Shown here one piece after another: positions 10,478 through 20,725 of a stretch of DNA of 64,000 nt. The stretch comes from a virus, in IMG/VR virus record IMGVR_UViG_3300035698_014170, positions 1 to 64,000 of that record; one strand, 5' to 3'. Under the pieces are notes generated by a model, which was not told where the DNA came from, did no database searches, and saw only the letters and a program-made list of their open reading frames with translations. The position numbers were made by a program, and so were the translations under genes. How positions within the stretch are numbered: position 1 is the first letter of the stretch; each line of letters opens with the position of its first letter.

Positions 10478-10810
10478 ATGTTGAATGATTGTATTAATAC
10501 ATGCAGATACGTATTAGGCGCTACAGGAATAGGTACAATGGTAATGGGAGTGACTGCTCCTACTGGTAACGATATTTGGCCTAAGGTCGTTGCAATAATG
10601 GGTGGATTAGTAGCTACAATGTTTTCAGTAATGTTCGGTACATTTATTAAACATATTTATAGTCATACTGAGAAAACAGAAGAGCTTATAGACAATAAAC
10701 TTAATACACAGTCAAGAATATGTACTGCTGAGTTAAAAAATTCTATTCGGGACGCAATAGTCGAAGGAATAAAAGAAGGCGTACAACAATCGCACTTAAA
10801 TAAAGAGTAG
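10478..10810 (+). CDS. Membrane protein, possible holin
   Basis: Two hydrophobic segments and charged C-terminus. Confidence 0.4.
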   Translation: MLNDCINTCRYVLGATGIGTMVMGVTAPTGNDIWPKVVAIMGGLVATMFSVMFGTFIKHIYSHTEKTEELIDNKLNTQSRICTAELKNSIRDAIVEGIKEGVQQSHLNKE

Positions 10811-10820
10811 GATTTAAGTA

Positions 10821-11126
10821 ATGGATATTAAAACAGCAATAGATTGGATAATTAATTCGTCTGGTCTGACGTATAATCAAATGCTTGGAATAACAATAGC
10901 CGATGTTCGTACAAGATTTCCTAATAAAGATATGTCTAATACATTTATTAAACATGTGTTAGCTTTTGTTAGAGCTTATGCACAAGGTCAGAAAGATCAA
11001 TTTGACCTTGATACTATTAAAACTCAGGTTACTACTTGGCTAGATAATAACTTTCCCGGCAACGAGATCGAAAAAGGTAGATTAAATGATAAGCCTTATA
11101 TCAAAATATGGCTGGAGGGTAAATAA
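10821..11126 (+). CDS. Hypothetical protein
   Basis: Coupled to next gene by TAATG. Confidence 0.6.
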   Translation: MDIKTAIDWIINSSGLTYNQMLGITIADVRTRFPNKDMSNTFIKHVLAFVRAYAQGQKDQFDLDTIKTQVTTWLDNNFPGNEIEKGRLNDKPYIKIWLEGK

Positions 11127-12649
11127 TGGCTGAAGTATTAGAAGGTAAAGAAACAGTATTCTTTGTAGGAGGTACCGGAAACAAAACTGGGACCTCACTT
11201 GCCGGAGGATGTACAAGAGCTTATTACGATGCTAATATAGCAGAGTCTGGTGATCTTAGTAAGATAATGGGAGATGATGGCGCATGTTTAATTACTGCAT
11301 CAGGAGTCACTTATAATAATACAACAGGAGTTTTATCGTCGGCTAGTGTAGCAGCAGTAGCAGAGGCTGGTATGGTAGCTCTTGTTATAGGAGGTATGTT
11401 AACTCCTGGTGAGTATGAGATACTTTCAGTTGTAGGAGATACTGTAATAATAGATGCCGGGCTTTCTCTGGGGGGCGACACCTCTGTTACTGTAAATTTA
11501 GGAGGGGCTTTTGATACAGCAGTAACAGGATTTGCTAATTTGAATGCTTCAAGTTATAGTTTGTGGCTGTTGGATAACAAAGACGAAGCAACTATGGGAA
11601 CAGTGACAACATCGGCTGCCGGTTCACTAGCAGCAAATACATACTTATATTGGATTGGATTTAATACAACGCCTCCTATTAATTTAGATGAGCCTTCAGG
11701 AGATACGGACTATAACGAAACATTAAAAACAGCAGGAACATATTATTCTTCTGCATTAGGTATATTGATAAATGGCGGAACAGCAATTATAGGCACTAAA
11801 GTTTCAAAAAATACTTCGGCACAAGACTTCGCTTTGAACCTATCAAATGTTTCAAATATGGTAATAAAAAACATAGCAATTACCCACGCAACAGGCAACT
11901 CGTTAATTTTCCAGTCCGGTCCGACTCAAGGACTACAATTCTTAGATTGTTCGTTATCAACTTTTAATGAGTTTAATGTCGCTAACGTAATGCTATCATT
12001 ACTTATAAAAGGTACCTATATTGGAGATCTGAATACATCTTTTAACGGTACATTTCGACACAACAATAAAATTATAAGTTCAGTATTTGATCTAAAGACA
12101 AAGATTGGTATAGCAAGCGATAACATAGAAGTACAAAACTGCTTATTTGTAGGAGGGAGCAAAGGAATATCTGCCGATAGTTTAGGAGGAGTGAAGAATT
12201 GTATTTTTTATAATCAAACAACTACCTGTATTAGTTTTGAAGGCTCAGGCTCTAAAAACAATATTATAAATAATATTTTTGTACCTCAAGCAACTAAAAA
12301 TGTCTTAGACATAACGTCAGCAGGAGGTGGGTCAGTAGGACTATTTAGTAATAACATATACTATGGAGCAGACGGATCACCACTGGCAAATCCATTCGAC
12401 GATGTCGGCAGTGATTTTATTCCGTATGGCGGAGGTAATCAGGCAGTAGATCCTATGTTTGTTGATCCGGCTAATAATGATTTTAGAGTTTTTTCTGATT
12501 CGCCAGCAGTTGGAGCAGGGATGCGAGGTTTATATCCTGGAGGAGATTCGATTGGAGGTTTTCAACCCGAAACAAATTCAACAGGGTTTGGTAAATTCCG
12601 GGGTACAAATAGATTTGGTGAAGTATATAAACGTTGTAATCAAATATAG
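11126..12649 (+). CDS. Virion-associated beta-helix (pectin lyase-like) protein
   Basis: NCLF/NCIF/NNIF repeats and DPMFVDPANNDFRVFSDSPAVGAG terminal motif. Confidence 0.7.
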   Translation: MAEVLEGKETVFFVGGTGNKTGTSLAGGCTRAYYDANIAESGDLSKIMGDDGACLITASGVTYNNTTGVLSSASVAAVAEAGMVALVIGGMLTPGEYEILSVVGDTVIIDAGLSLGGDTSVTVNLGGAFDTAVTGFANLNASSYSLWLLDNKDEATMGTVTTSAAGSLAANTYLYWIGFNTTPPINLDEPSGDTDYNETLKTAGTYYSSALGILINGGTAIIGTKVSKNTSAQDFALNLSNVSNMVIKNIAITHATGNSLIFQSGPTQGLQFLDCSLSTFNEFNVANVMLSLLIKGTYIGDLNTSFNGTFRHNNKIISSVFDLKTKIGIASDNIEVQNCLFVGGSKGISADSLGGVKNCIFYNQTTTCISFEGSGSKNNIINNIFVPQATKNVLDITSAGGGSVGLFSNNIYYGADGSPLANPFDDVGSDFIPYGGGNQAVDPMFVDPANNDFRVFSDSPAVGAGMRGLYPGGDSIGGFQPETNSTGFGKFRGTNRFGEVYKRCNQI

Positions 12650-12661
12650 GAAAATAATAAA

Positions 12662-12970
12662 ATGACATTCACGACAATATATAGACCAACAGGAAGAACA
12701 TATTATTGCAGGTTCGTAAAACAGCTTGATAATAGTATTTGGGACGACGTAGCAGAAGCTTTGTCTACTACTACTACCTGGGCAAATAGTGTAGTAGGGA
12801 TATCTGAATTTAATGCTGCGGGCCAATATCCTATCGTTATTCCTACTGATCTTATTAAAGGAATTATATATGATGTAATAGTATATAGACAAGCAGGTGC
12901 TAATCCTGCTAACACAGATTTAGTCGATAGTGGTTATGAATTAAAATACGGCAGTGAATTTGGTTTTTAA
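12662..12970 (+). CDS. Putative virion structural protein
   Basis: GQYPIVIPT...YDVIVYRQAGANPANTD pattern; structural context. Confidence 0.5.
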   Translation: MTFTTIYRPTGRTYYCRFVKQLDNSIWDDVAEALSTTTTWANSVVGISEFNAAGQYPIVIPTDLIKGIIYDVIVYRQAGANPANTDLVDSGYELKYGSEFGF

Positions 12971-12985
12971 TATTAGGAGCATAAA

Positions 12986-14488
12986 ATGGACAATTTAATT
13001 AGTAAAATGTTAGACGATAGTGACGAACTTCAGGACAAGTTAGTAGAATGTCGGGGTATAGAAGAAGGCATTGTATCGAACACAGACGAAGATTCTGAAG
13101 AAGTAGCTATTAAGAAACTGACAGAAGAAGAAACAGAATTTGAGACTAACACAGACACAGAAGCAGATATGTCCGGCGATGTAAACGCAGAAGCCGAAGA
13201 AGATCATAGTGAAGAGGGCGAAGAAGTAGATAAAGAGTACTTCGGTAAATCAGGAGACACCTATTACTATTTAATAGGCAATGAATCTGACAGCGGTGTA
13301 GTAGAAGATCTTCAAATCGTTGACCAAGAAGGCGAAGTAGTTTATAGTGCTAAAGATAATGAAGCAGAGATAACCAATGTAGTTGATTTCATTATCCAAG
13401 CAATACAAGAAATGGACATAGAAGATATATCTTATGATGTGTTTGAAAAATACATTATGCCTAAGTTAGTTGAGCCAGAAGAAGAGGAAGAAGAGTTTAG
13501 CGAAGATGAGTTCGGCGAAGAAAATGAAGAAGATATGATACCTGACGAAGAGGATACGTTCGAATCAATTAGTAGGACTAAGTATGTTTACAAAGATAAA
13601 GATTACGAAGTTGCTTTGCTTCCTGAGAACAAAGTTCGAGTAGGCGGAAAGATATTTACTTTATCAGAAGATACATTAAGTTTTTATAATATTAAAGAGA
13701 GTAAAGTAAACTTTGAAAGTTTACGCGATCTTGCTAAGGATATGTTAAGAGCGATGGACGAAAGTGAATTAAAGGAATTAAAAGAAGGTTACGAAGAAGC
13801 AGGTGTAAGAGATGGAACTGGTCCTAACAAACGTTCGCCTCGAAAAGGCATGGGTAGAAGAAAAGCAGCTGGGGAGACTTGTCCTGCTGAGGTAGACGAA
13901 GAGGGTTATAATCCTTCTGGAGTAGGTTCAAATGTTTGTAGTAAGTGCGGCGCTAAAATAGGCGAACCAAAAGATGGAATATCTGTTTGTCCTAACTGCG
14001 GTAATAAAAATAGAATGCTTGGCAAGAATGAATCAAAAACCAACGAAGGTTTTGAAAGTATCGAAGCAGCCGAAAAATTTTTAAATGTTAATGGTTTAAA
14101 GCGTGCAGAAAATACCACGGAAGAACAAATAATGGAAGCTGCTTACAGTATTAGAAAACTTCAAAACACTTTTATTGAAAAAAAGGAAGCAAATATGAAG
14201 AAAACAAATGAAGATATCACAACTGATGTAAAAGACCTTCAGAAGAAAGCAGAAGCAGCGGTCAAAGACGGCGATTATACGAAAGCAGCAGATTATGTTA
14301 GCCGACTTGCTAATGTTGAATCGTCTGTAGGAACAGTTGAAGATGAGTCAGCTGTCGTAGAGCCAATTGCAGATGAAGCACCTGAAGCATCTGAAGAAGA
14401 TGTAGTTGAAGAGGAAGAAGTAGCAGAGGATGTAAAAGAACAAGTAGACTTCTTAGACACATTACTAGAAGAAGGTATGAATAGATAA
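12986..14488 (+). CDS. Acidic prohead core/scaffold-like protein with zinc ribbon and RDGTGP motif
   Basis: Very acidic; many xxE/S sites (NESKTNE, KTNE); directly upstream of protease. Confidence 0.6.
   Translation: MDNLISKMLDDSDELQDKLVECRGIEEGIVSNTDEDSEEVAIKKLTEEETEFETNTDTEADMSGDVNAEAEEDHSEEGEEVDKEYFGKSGDTYYYLIGNESDSGVVEDLQIVDQEGEVVYSAKDNEAEITNVVDFIIQAIQEMDIEDISYDVFEKYIMPKLVEPEEEEEEFSEDEFGEENEEDMIPDEEDTFESISRTKYVYKDKDYEVALLPENKVRVGGKIFTLSEDTLSFYNIKESKVNFESLRDLAKDMLRAMDESELKELKEGYEEAGVRDGTGPNKRSPRKGMGRRKAAGETCPAEVDEEGYNPSGVGSNVCSKCGAKIGEPKDGISVCPNCGNKNRMLGKNESKTNEGFESIEAAEKFLNVNGLKRAENTTEEQIMEAAYSIRKLQNTFIEKKEANMKKTNEDITTDVKDLQKKAEAAVKDGDYTKAADYVSRLANVESSVGTVEDESAVVEPIADEAPEASEEDVVEEEEVAEDVKEQVDFLDTLLEEGMNR
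13064..13126 (+). repeat. 63-nt direct repeat, copy 2
   Basis: Matches 9983-10045. Confidence 0.9.
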
Positions 14489-14518
14489 ACAGTTATTGCT
14501 ATTAGTTAGACAGAGACA

Positions 14519-14598
14519 GAGACAGAGACGAAGAGCACGACGTCTTGGATACAGATCTAATGCTGATCAGTGAAAAGGTTCGAATCCTTTCTGTCTTT
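14519..14598 (+). ncRNA. tRNA-like RNA (non-canonical cloverleaf)
   Basis: GAGACAG/CTGTCTT closing stem, perfect T-arm AAAGG-TTCGAAT-CCTTT, two additional hairpins, no canonical D or anticodon loop. Confidence 0.6.
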
Positions 14599-14603
14599 TA
14601 AAT

Positions 14604-14611
14604 TATAAATA
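14604..14611 (+). promoter_or_regulatory. Possible T4-type late promoter TATAAATA
   Basis: Exact motif 26 nt upstream of protease start; also at 10461; weak evidence in AT-rich DNA. Confidence 0.3.
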
Positions 14612-14636
14612 CTTAGAACAATTTTAGGAGCATATA

Positions 14637-16721
14637 ATGTTATTATCAGAAACAACGTTTACTAAAGGAAAAATAGTTGAAAGTGCACAACAGGAATTGC
14701 CTAAAGGTGTTCTTTGTAGAGTAATATATCCAATTTGTAATATTGGGGAGAAGAATCAGAATAATAGAATATACGAAAAGGATCTTTGGGAAAGAGTTAT
14801 TTCCGAAGACCGTGTGATAAGAGTCATGGCGGAAAGAACTTTGTTCGGACAAGCGGAGCACCCTGAAGAGACTCAATCCGATCTTCAATTAACATCTCAT
14901 ATTATTACAAAGACTTGGATAGACGAAAGTGCTAATAAAGTATACCAGGAGATGGACGTACTTAATACGCCTTGTGGTAAGATAATTAACACATTATTAG
15001 AAGCAGGTTGTTTAGTCGGTGTAAGTACAAGAGCAGAAGGCGAGTTAGAAGAAGTTACTGAGGGCAATGAAACTCATTATAAAGTATTGTCTGAGTCTTA
15101 TAATTATGTAACGACTGACTTCACTGCCGATCCAAGTACATTTAATGTTAAGCCAGTTAAGTATGAATCAAACGTAGTACAAGAAATTAAACAAGGTTTG
15201 AAGTCTAAGAAACTTGATAAACATTTTGCAACAGTATTACTTGAATCTATGAAGAGTAAAGAAGCAAAAGCAGTACTCGAATCAATTGGCAAAATAGATG
15301 GGGCTATAAATACCCCAGGAGATAAGAATAACGCAGTACACGGGTTGTCAGAAGGCCTAATTGGGAAGCTAATCCGCATTAAAGAAGGTAAATATAAAGG
15401 TTCTTACGGAGAAGTTAAATCAATCAACGAAGAGGATGTAACAGTCACTTTATCGAACGGTGCAGAGATTATTACTAATACAAATCGTATCGATATGGAT
15501 GCAGTTCAGATTAATACAACTCAAGCAAGCGGAGGCGATACAGTTGAGCCTTTAGAGATTGAGGCAGAAATAACTCCAGCAGAACCACTTGAGGATATGG
15601 GCGACGGCGAGATGGAAGGTCCTGAGGCATTAGAAGACGAGATGCTTAGTGAACCTGAGGATATAACTTTCGAATCTAAAGAAGCTGGTGATAAACCAAA
15701 TTGGCCTAAAGAAGAGCAGTCAGATAAAGAAGAAGAAGAAGATCTTCAAGACGAAGCAGACGCTAAAGATTATAAAGAAACAGATGAATCTAAAACTAAC
15801 GAAGTATTAGAATACAGTATTAACTATAAGAATTCTGCTGGTGAGTCTAATATTTTTGATAAAACAGTCCGGGCTGCTAATACAATCGAAGCCGCAGATA
15901 AAGCACAGTTACTTATTGGAGAAGATAATAAGATTGTTTCTCTAAATGTAGTTGCTTCTGAGAAAGTAAACGAAGTAGAGTTTGACGGACGATATGGAGA
16001 CGACGTATTAGATGATACTAACGATGGTTTGGATCATAGTAAGGACGAAGAAGCAGTTGAGAAAACTGAATCCATTACAAGCACTATTCGCGATCTTAGA
16101 ATTTCCGAAGCTGGTATAAGAGCAGAACGTGAGAAGGCAATCGAACTATTAGAATCTGCAGAGAAGTCTTTAAAAGATGTAGATAGCTCGAAAGCACTTG
16201 AATTCAAAATGCTTAGCACTAGATTAAAAGAAGCGCAATCAAAAGATTCTGTTGAAATAAAAGCTCTTTGTAAAAAGCTAGAAGAGAAAACTTCTGTCAT
16301 TAATAAAGTGAAGAAGCAAGTAGAAGGGTTGAAAGCTTCTTATAATGTCGATTTGCTTAAGATAAAAGAGCAAGTACAGTCTCATAAAAAAGATGTACTA
16401 AAGGTAACTGAGGCTTATAAAGTTAAAATAGCTAAAGAAGAAAAGTTACTCGACGAAAAATATAGACACAAATTTATTAAGAATTATGTAGCAATAAAAT
16501 TAGAATCAACTGGATGTAATCCTCACAGTTCTACTCGGGCACTTCTCGAGAAGAAGAAGACAGTAAAAGAAGTCGATGAAACTTTTGACGAAGTTCTCGA
16601 TGTAATGCGTCAGAATGCACTTCATTCCCGCAAGTTAACAGAAATTATTGTCAATAAGAATGAGAAGATAGATCCAGAAATTAAACGGATTGAAAACAAT
16701 ATAAACGGATTAAACTTTTAA
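14637..16721 (+). CDS. Prohead protease (T4 gp21-like) fused to scaffold-like coiled coil
   Basis: NQNNRIY, GQAEHP, SHII, LNTPCGKII, GVSTRAEG, DFTADPS motifs; KOW-like insert; long C-terminal coiled coil. Confidence 0.9.
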   Translation: MLLSETTFTKGKIVESAQQELPKGVLCRVIYPICNIGEKNQNNRIYEKDLWERVISEDRVIRVMAERTLFGQAEHPEETQSDLQLTSHIITKTWIDESANKVYQEMDVLNTPCGKIINTLLEAGCLVGVSTRAEGELEEVTEGNETHYKVLSESYNYVTTDFTADPSTFNVKPVKYESNVVQEIKQGLKSKKLDKHFATVLLESMKSKEAKAVLESIGKIDGAINTPGDKNNAVHGLSEGLIGKLIRIKEGKYKGSYGEVKSINEEDVTVTLSNGAEIITNTNRIDMDAVQINTTQASGGDTVEPLEIEAEITPAEPLEDMGDGEMEGPEALEDEMLSEPEDITFESKEAGDKPNWPKEEQSDKEEEEDLQDEADAKDYKETDESKTNEVLEYSINYKNSAGESNIFDKTVRAANTIEAADKAQLLIGEDNKIVSLNVVASEKVNEVEFDGRYGDDVLDDTNDGLDHSKDEEAVEKTESITSTIRDLRISEAGIRAEREKAIELLESAEKSLKDVDSSKALEFKMLSTRLKEAQSKDSVEIKALCKKLEEKTSVINKVKKQVEGLKASYNVDLLKIKEQVQSHKKDVLKVTEAYKVKIAKEEKLLDEKYRHKFIKNYVAIKLESTGCNPHSSTRALLEKKKTVKEVDETFDEVLDVMRQNALHSRKLTEIIVNKNEKIDPEIKRIENNINGLNF
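15300..15361 (+). repeat. Dispersed ~62-bp element, copy 2 (in frame in protease linker)
   Basis: GGGGCTATAAATACCCC...AATAACGCAGTACACGGGTTGTCAGA. Confidence 0.8.
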
Positions 16722-16742
16722 TTAATTATAGAAAGGTTTCTT

Positions 16743-18269
16743 ATGAAATCTGGTATGAAAAATCTTGTTGAGAAGAGATTAGCTCAGATCAACGGTCGCC
16801 AGACTCAGCTTGCTGAGAATTGGTCACCTTACATTAACGCTGTAGATAAATATATGCAAAGTTCTCGTAACCGTAGTCTTACTATTTACGAGAGACAAGT
16901 TATTGGTCAGTGTTTAGAAAATGCTCTAGATGAGCACGGACTTCGTAAAGGTAAAATGTTTGAAGCAACAGACGAAGGCGATATTTCGTTTTTAGGCGTA
17001 CAGCTTCCAGTTATTGCAGCCATGCTTCCAACTCTTGTAATGAACGATATTGCAATCGTTCAGGCAATGGATCGTAGAACTGCTTCTTTGTTCTACTTCG
17101 ACGCATTGTATGGTAGTGATAAAGGTGCTATTGAAAGTGGCGATACGATGTTAAGCGCACGTACTGGTCACGATCGTACTACTTCGGGTCGTCGTTATGC
17201 GATGGCAATGGTAGAAGACGAAACTTTGTCAGATGCAGCCGGCGATGCCGATGTTTATACTGGCACAGTAGACTATGCACCTGGTGTTAAACGTGGCACA
17301 GTTGTTGTAAAAGACAGTGACGGAAATGAAATTGCTAGTGATAGAGCAACAGATGGCATTATCGCAGCAACAGACTCTTCTGGTGTTACAGGTACTATTA
17401 CTGCTGCTGGTGATTACAGTATTGATTTTAGTACATATAGTTTAGGTTCAGGTCTTGGTGCTGTTATTAGTTATCAGTATCAGTATGATTTGCCTTATGA
17501 TAGTGATTGTTGTGATTATAAGGGTGTTCCGGAAGTAAACTTCCAGGTAACGCAGGCTAATCTTGAAGCCATTGATTTTCCAATTCGTTCTAAATATTCT
17601 ATTGGTGCAAGTATTGATCTGCTTAAAGCACACGGAATAAATTTAGAGACAGAAATTGTAAAATATCTTGGCGGCGAGTGTAAGTTCACAATCGATCATT
17701 ACGGTATTGATTTAATTAATACTGCTGCTGAAGATGGAATTTATATTCCTAATGCTGCAGGAACTGATGTTCTTCGTAATCCGGCTGCTTCTATTACACA
17801 GTGGGACGCAGACGTAGGTAGCGGTGAGCCTTGGTTGTGGAAAAAGCATGAGATAATTGACCGCTTTGAAGAAGGTTCAAATAATATATTTGCAGCATCG
17901 TTGAGAGGCGTTGCCACTTATATTATTGCAGGTAACTCAGTTGCAAGAGTTATTAAACAGCTTCCTAACTTTAAGCCAAGTGCAATGCCAAAGGTTCCGA
18001 CTGGTCCTATGAATATAGGTACGCTTGACGGTAGAACTGTTATTCAGGATCCGTTCTTAACATCAACTCGTTATGTTATGGGTTACAAAGGCGACAACTT
18101 CCTTACCGGTAGTTTTGCTTATTGTCCATATATTCCGTTGTTTGCAAGTCCGACTCTTGTTACTTCTGATCTTTATGCTCAGAAGGGTTTCTTAAGTAGT
18201 GCTGGTTTCAAGGTTACCAACCCTGCGTTGTTAACTTATGGTACTATTACTGGAACTTATTTTGGATAA
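16743..18269 (+). CDS. Major capsid protein, T4 gp23-like
   Basis: CLEN, MFE-AT maturation site, DIAIVQAM, FYFD, DLLKAHGINLETEI, GYKG, AYCPYIP motifs. Confidence 0.95.
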   Translation: MKSGMKNLVEKRLAQINGRQTQLAENWSPYINAVDKYMQSSRNRSLTIYERQVIGQCLENALDEHGLRKGKMFEATDEGDISFLGVQLPVIAAMLPTLVMNDIAIVQAMDRRTASLFYFDALYGSDKGAIESGDTMLSARTGHDRTTSGRRYAMAMVEDETLSDAAGDADVYTGTVDYAPGVKRGTVVVKDSDGNEIASDRATDGIIAATDSSGVTGTITAAGDYSIDFSTYSLGSGLGAVISYQYQYDLPYDSDCCDYKGVPEVNFQVTQANLEAIDFPIRSKYSIGASIDLLKAHGINLETEIVKYLGGECKFTIDHYGIDLINTAAEDGIYIPNAAGTDVLRNPAASITQWDADVGSGEPWLWKKHEIIDRFEEGSNNIFAASLRGVATYIIAGNSVARVIKQLPNFKPSAMPKVPTGPMNIGTLDGRTVIQDPFLTSTRYVMGYKGDNFLTGSFAYCPYIPLFASPTLVTSDLYAQKGFLSSAGFKVTNPALLTYGTITGTYFG

Positions 18270-18287
18270 GCTGTAAAAGATACGATG

Positions 18288-18318
18288 GGAGGGGCATTAA
18301 TTTGTCCCTCCTAATTTT
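18288..18318 (+). terminator. Hairpin terminator after major capsid gene
   Basis: GGAGGGGCA/TGTCCCTCC stem followed by TAATTTT. Confidence 0.65.
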
Positions 18319-18355
18319 AAAAGAAAGATTAAAATTAATTTAAGGAAAAAGAAAG

Positions 18356-18922
18356 ATGATAGAAAGAAATATAAAGGCATTGATAGCTTTTAATTTAAAT
18401 ACTCAGTTAGAACAAGTCAGTCTTAAAAAGGACGAAGTTAAAAGAGTTAAGTTCCCTAACGAAGATAAGTATAAAGCTCTTTTATCGTTGAATACATTCG
18501 AAGAAGCTCGTAATGGAACACCAGTAGTTAAAGAAGAAAAAGTAAAATCTTTAGAGAATAAAATAGTTGTTGTAAAAGAAATCCCTGCTACTGATAATAT
18601 TGCTGATAATGAAATTAATGCATCGGATGTAAAAGAAATAGGACAACTTTGTGAGAACTGTAGCATACCTATGGTATTATCAGGCGAAACTTATTCAGAA
18701 GAAGGACATGTTTATAGTTTTGTTTGTCCAATGTGTAAGAACGAAAAGGAAGTAATTGAAACTAAAGAATTGGAAGCAATCAAAACTAAAGAAGCAGATG
18801 TAGAAGAAATAAAAGTCGAAGAAATAGTAACAAAAACAGATCCTAAGATTTGTCCAATTTGTGGAAAAGGCAAGAGAAAAAATTCAAAGTATTGTGCAAC
18901 GTGTTCTAGTACTCGCAAATAA
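18356..18922 (+). CDS. Hypothetical protein with two zinc ribbons
   Basis: CENC..CPMC and CPIC..CATC. Confidence 0.6.
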   Translation: MIERNIKALIAFNLNTQLEQVSLKKDEVKRVKFPNEDKYKALLSLNTFEEARNGTPVVKEEKVKSLENKIVVVKEIPATDNIADNEINASDVKEIGQLCENCSIPMVLSGETYSEEGHVYSFVCPMCKNEKEVIETKELEAIKTKEADVEEIKVEEIVTKTDPKICPICGKGKRKNSKYCATCSSTRK

Positions 18923-18934
18923 AAGAAAAGAGAT

Positions 18935-20725
18935 ATGGCATATACATTAAAAATAACAGTTGATAATACAAGGGTTGGCGGTGATTTATCTGGTTATCCG
19001 GCCCTGATTACCGAAGCGAATCTGCCCGATAGTTTTTGGGCTAATGCTCAACTGGACGGTTCTGACATCTGGTGCAATCTGGCCGATGGTACAAAGCTTA
19101 AAAGAGAAATCGCTTATGTAAATGTGGCTAACGAGAAGTTAGAGATGTGGGTATCTCTTCCAACTCTCTCTGGATCGGTTGATACTGAATTTTTTATAAA
19201 CTATGGTAATTCAACATTATCAGAAACTAACGATTTGGATACCTGGGATCCAAACCATAAGCTGGTTTATCATTTCGGAAACGAAGTTGATGGAGTACAG
19301 CCTGACTCATCTCAAGGGAATAATGACGGCGATATAGTTCGCGGTATTTCAAATGTAGAGAGCATTGAAGCTTTGAAATCTCCTGACGTTAGTGCCCATC
19401 AGGGCGTGGCGTGGGATGGAACATATTACTATGCGATTGATACGGGATCAGTGACTAAATATACAGCCGATTGGGTGCAAGTAGGCTCTGTATATTCAAC
19501 TCTTTTTGCAGATGTCGAGAATGAAATCGGGCATGAAACCACCAATGACTATAACCATAATGGCGATGGCTGTCATTATAATGGCAAATTATATATACCA
19601 TTGCAAGGTACAGGTACTAATTTAGGTGGAACTGGAACTTCACAGGCAATTGCAATTATAAATACTAATGGCTCAGGTGAAATGGCATACGATTCCGCTG
19701 AGAAGCTTTGGGATAAAATGTCACAGCGTTACGAGGTTGACGGTATGTACATTGATGGTACATCTGCTTATATTGTTTCGTATGTCAATAATACCACTCA
19801 CGAAGATTCTAAACGAATTAGAGTATGGACGATTGCAGATTGGTCAGAAGGAATTGACATAACAATATCAAGCGGTACTAAGTACATGCAAGGAATAACA
19901 GGCTACAAGGGAGGATTTGCAATTACTTCTGGGTCTGCTTCACTTTATCAAGTGGATTCAGACGGTACTAGAATGGGTCATATTTTATGGAGTAGGACGC
20001 AGGTCGGAGACGGAGATATTGAGGGTCTTTGTTATCGTAACGACATCGATTCGTTATGTGTTTTATGCGATCACATTTCCGATCATAATGGAGATAGTTA
20101 TGTTTATGCCCTTCAACCAACTAATTTAGGTATAGCTGATTTTGATAATGATGGGACTGGTGTAAGATATGTAGATGTACCGTCAGCAACATATTTTGAA
20201 GGATTGTCTGCTATAACTATGGAATGCAAAGCTAAACTTGATGATATTACTGATAGCCAGAGATTTTTATGGTCTTATCCAGGTCTTAGTTTTGAGCCGG
20301 ATCCAAAAGGGACAAATCATGGTATTGCTTTTCACGACGGAAGTGCTTGGAAAAATAGTTCAGAGTTTCCAATAGATGTAACAGGAGTTTGGCATCATTT
20401 TGCTGTTACTTGGAATAAGGATGTTGATAGCGGGGCGTTTAAGTTTTATTTAGACGGTGTCTCTATCGGAGGTTCGGGTAGTCGCACAACTGTTTTAGGT
20501 GTTGATTATAATGATTTCTTTATAGGAACAGGACATGCGACACTTTCTGATCAACTTGATGGTTTGATGGATGAATTTAGAATATCAGATAGTCAGAGAT
20601 CGGCCGATTGGCTCTTAACTGAGGTAAATAATCTAACTGCTCCTGCTGATTTTTATGCAGCCGAATTGTGGCAAATTCCTGCTAGTCAAAGGTGCAATAA
20701 TTTACTTGGAGGTTTAGTAGGATGA
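18935..20725 (+). CDS. DUF2341 + beta-propeller-like + LamG (concanavalin A-like) virion protein
   Basis: DGSDI..KLKREI..EMWVSLP..FFINYGN; HQGVAWDG; WHHFAVTW..FYLDG..DGLMDEFRISDSQRSADW. Confidence 0.8.
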   Translation: MAYTLKITVDNTRVGGDLSGYPALITEANLPDSFWANAQLDGSDIWCNLADGTKLKREIAYVNVANEKLEMWVSLPTLSGSVDTEFFINYGNSTLSETNDLDTWDPNHKLVYHFGNEVDGVQPDSSQGNNDGDIVRGISNVESIEALKSPDVSAHQGVAWDGTYYYAIDTGSVTKYTADWVQVGSVYSTLFADVENEIGHETTNDYNHNGDGCHYNGKLYIPLQGTGTNLGGTGTSQAIAIINTNGSGEMAYDSAEKLWDKMSQRYEVDGMYIDGTSAYIVSYVNNTTHEDSKRIRVWTIADWSEGIDITISSGTKYMQGITGYKGGFAITSGSASLYQVDSDGTRMGHILWSRTQVGDGDIEGLCYRNDIDSLCVLCDHISDHNGDSYVYALQPTNLGIADFDNDGTGVRYVDVPSATYFEGLSAITMECKAKLDDITDSQRFLWSYPGLSFEPDPKGTNHGIAFHDGSAWKNSSEFPIDVTGVWHHFAVTWNKDVDSGAFKFYLDGVSIGGSGSRTTVLGVDYNDFFIGTGHATLSDQLDGLMDEFRISDSQRSADWLLTEVNNLTAPADFYAAELWQIPASQRCNNLLGGLVG

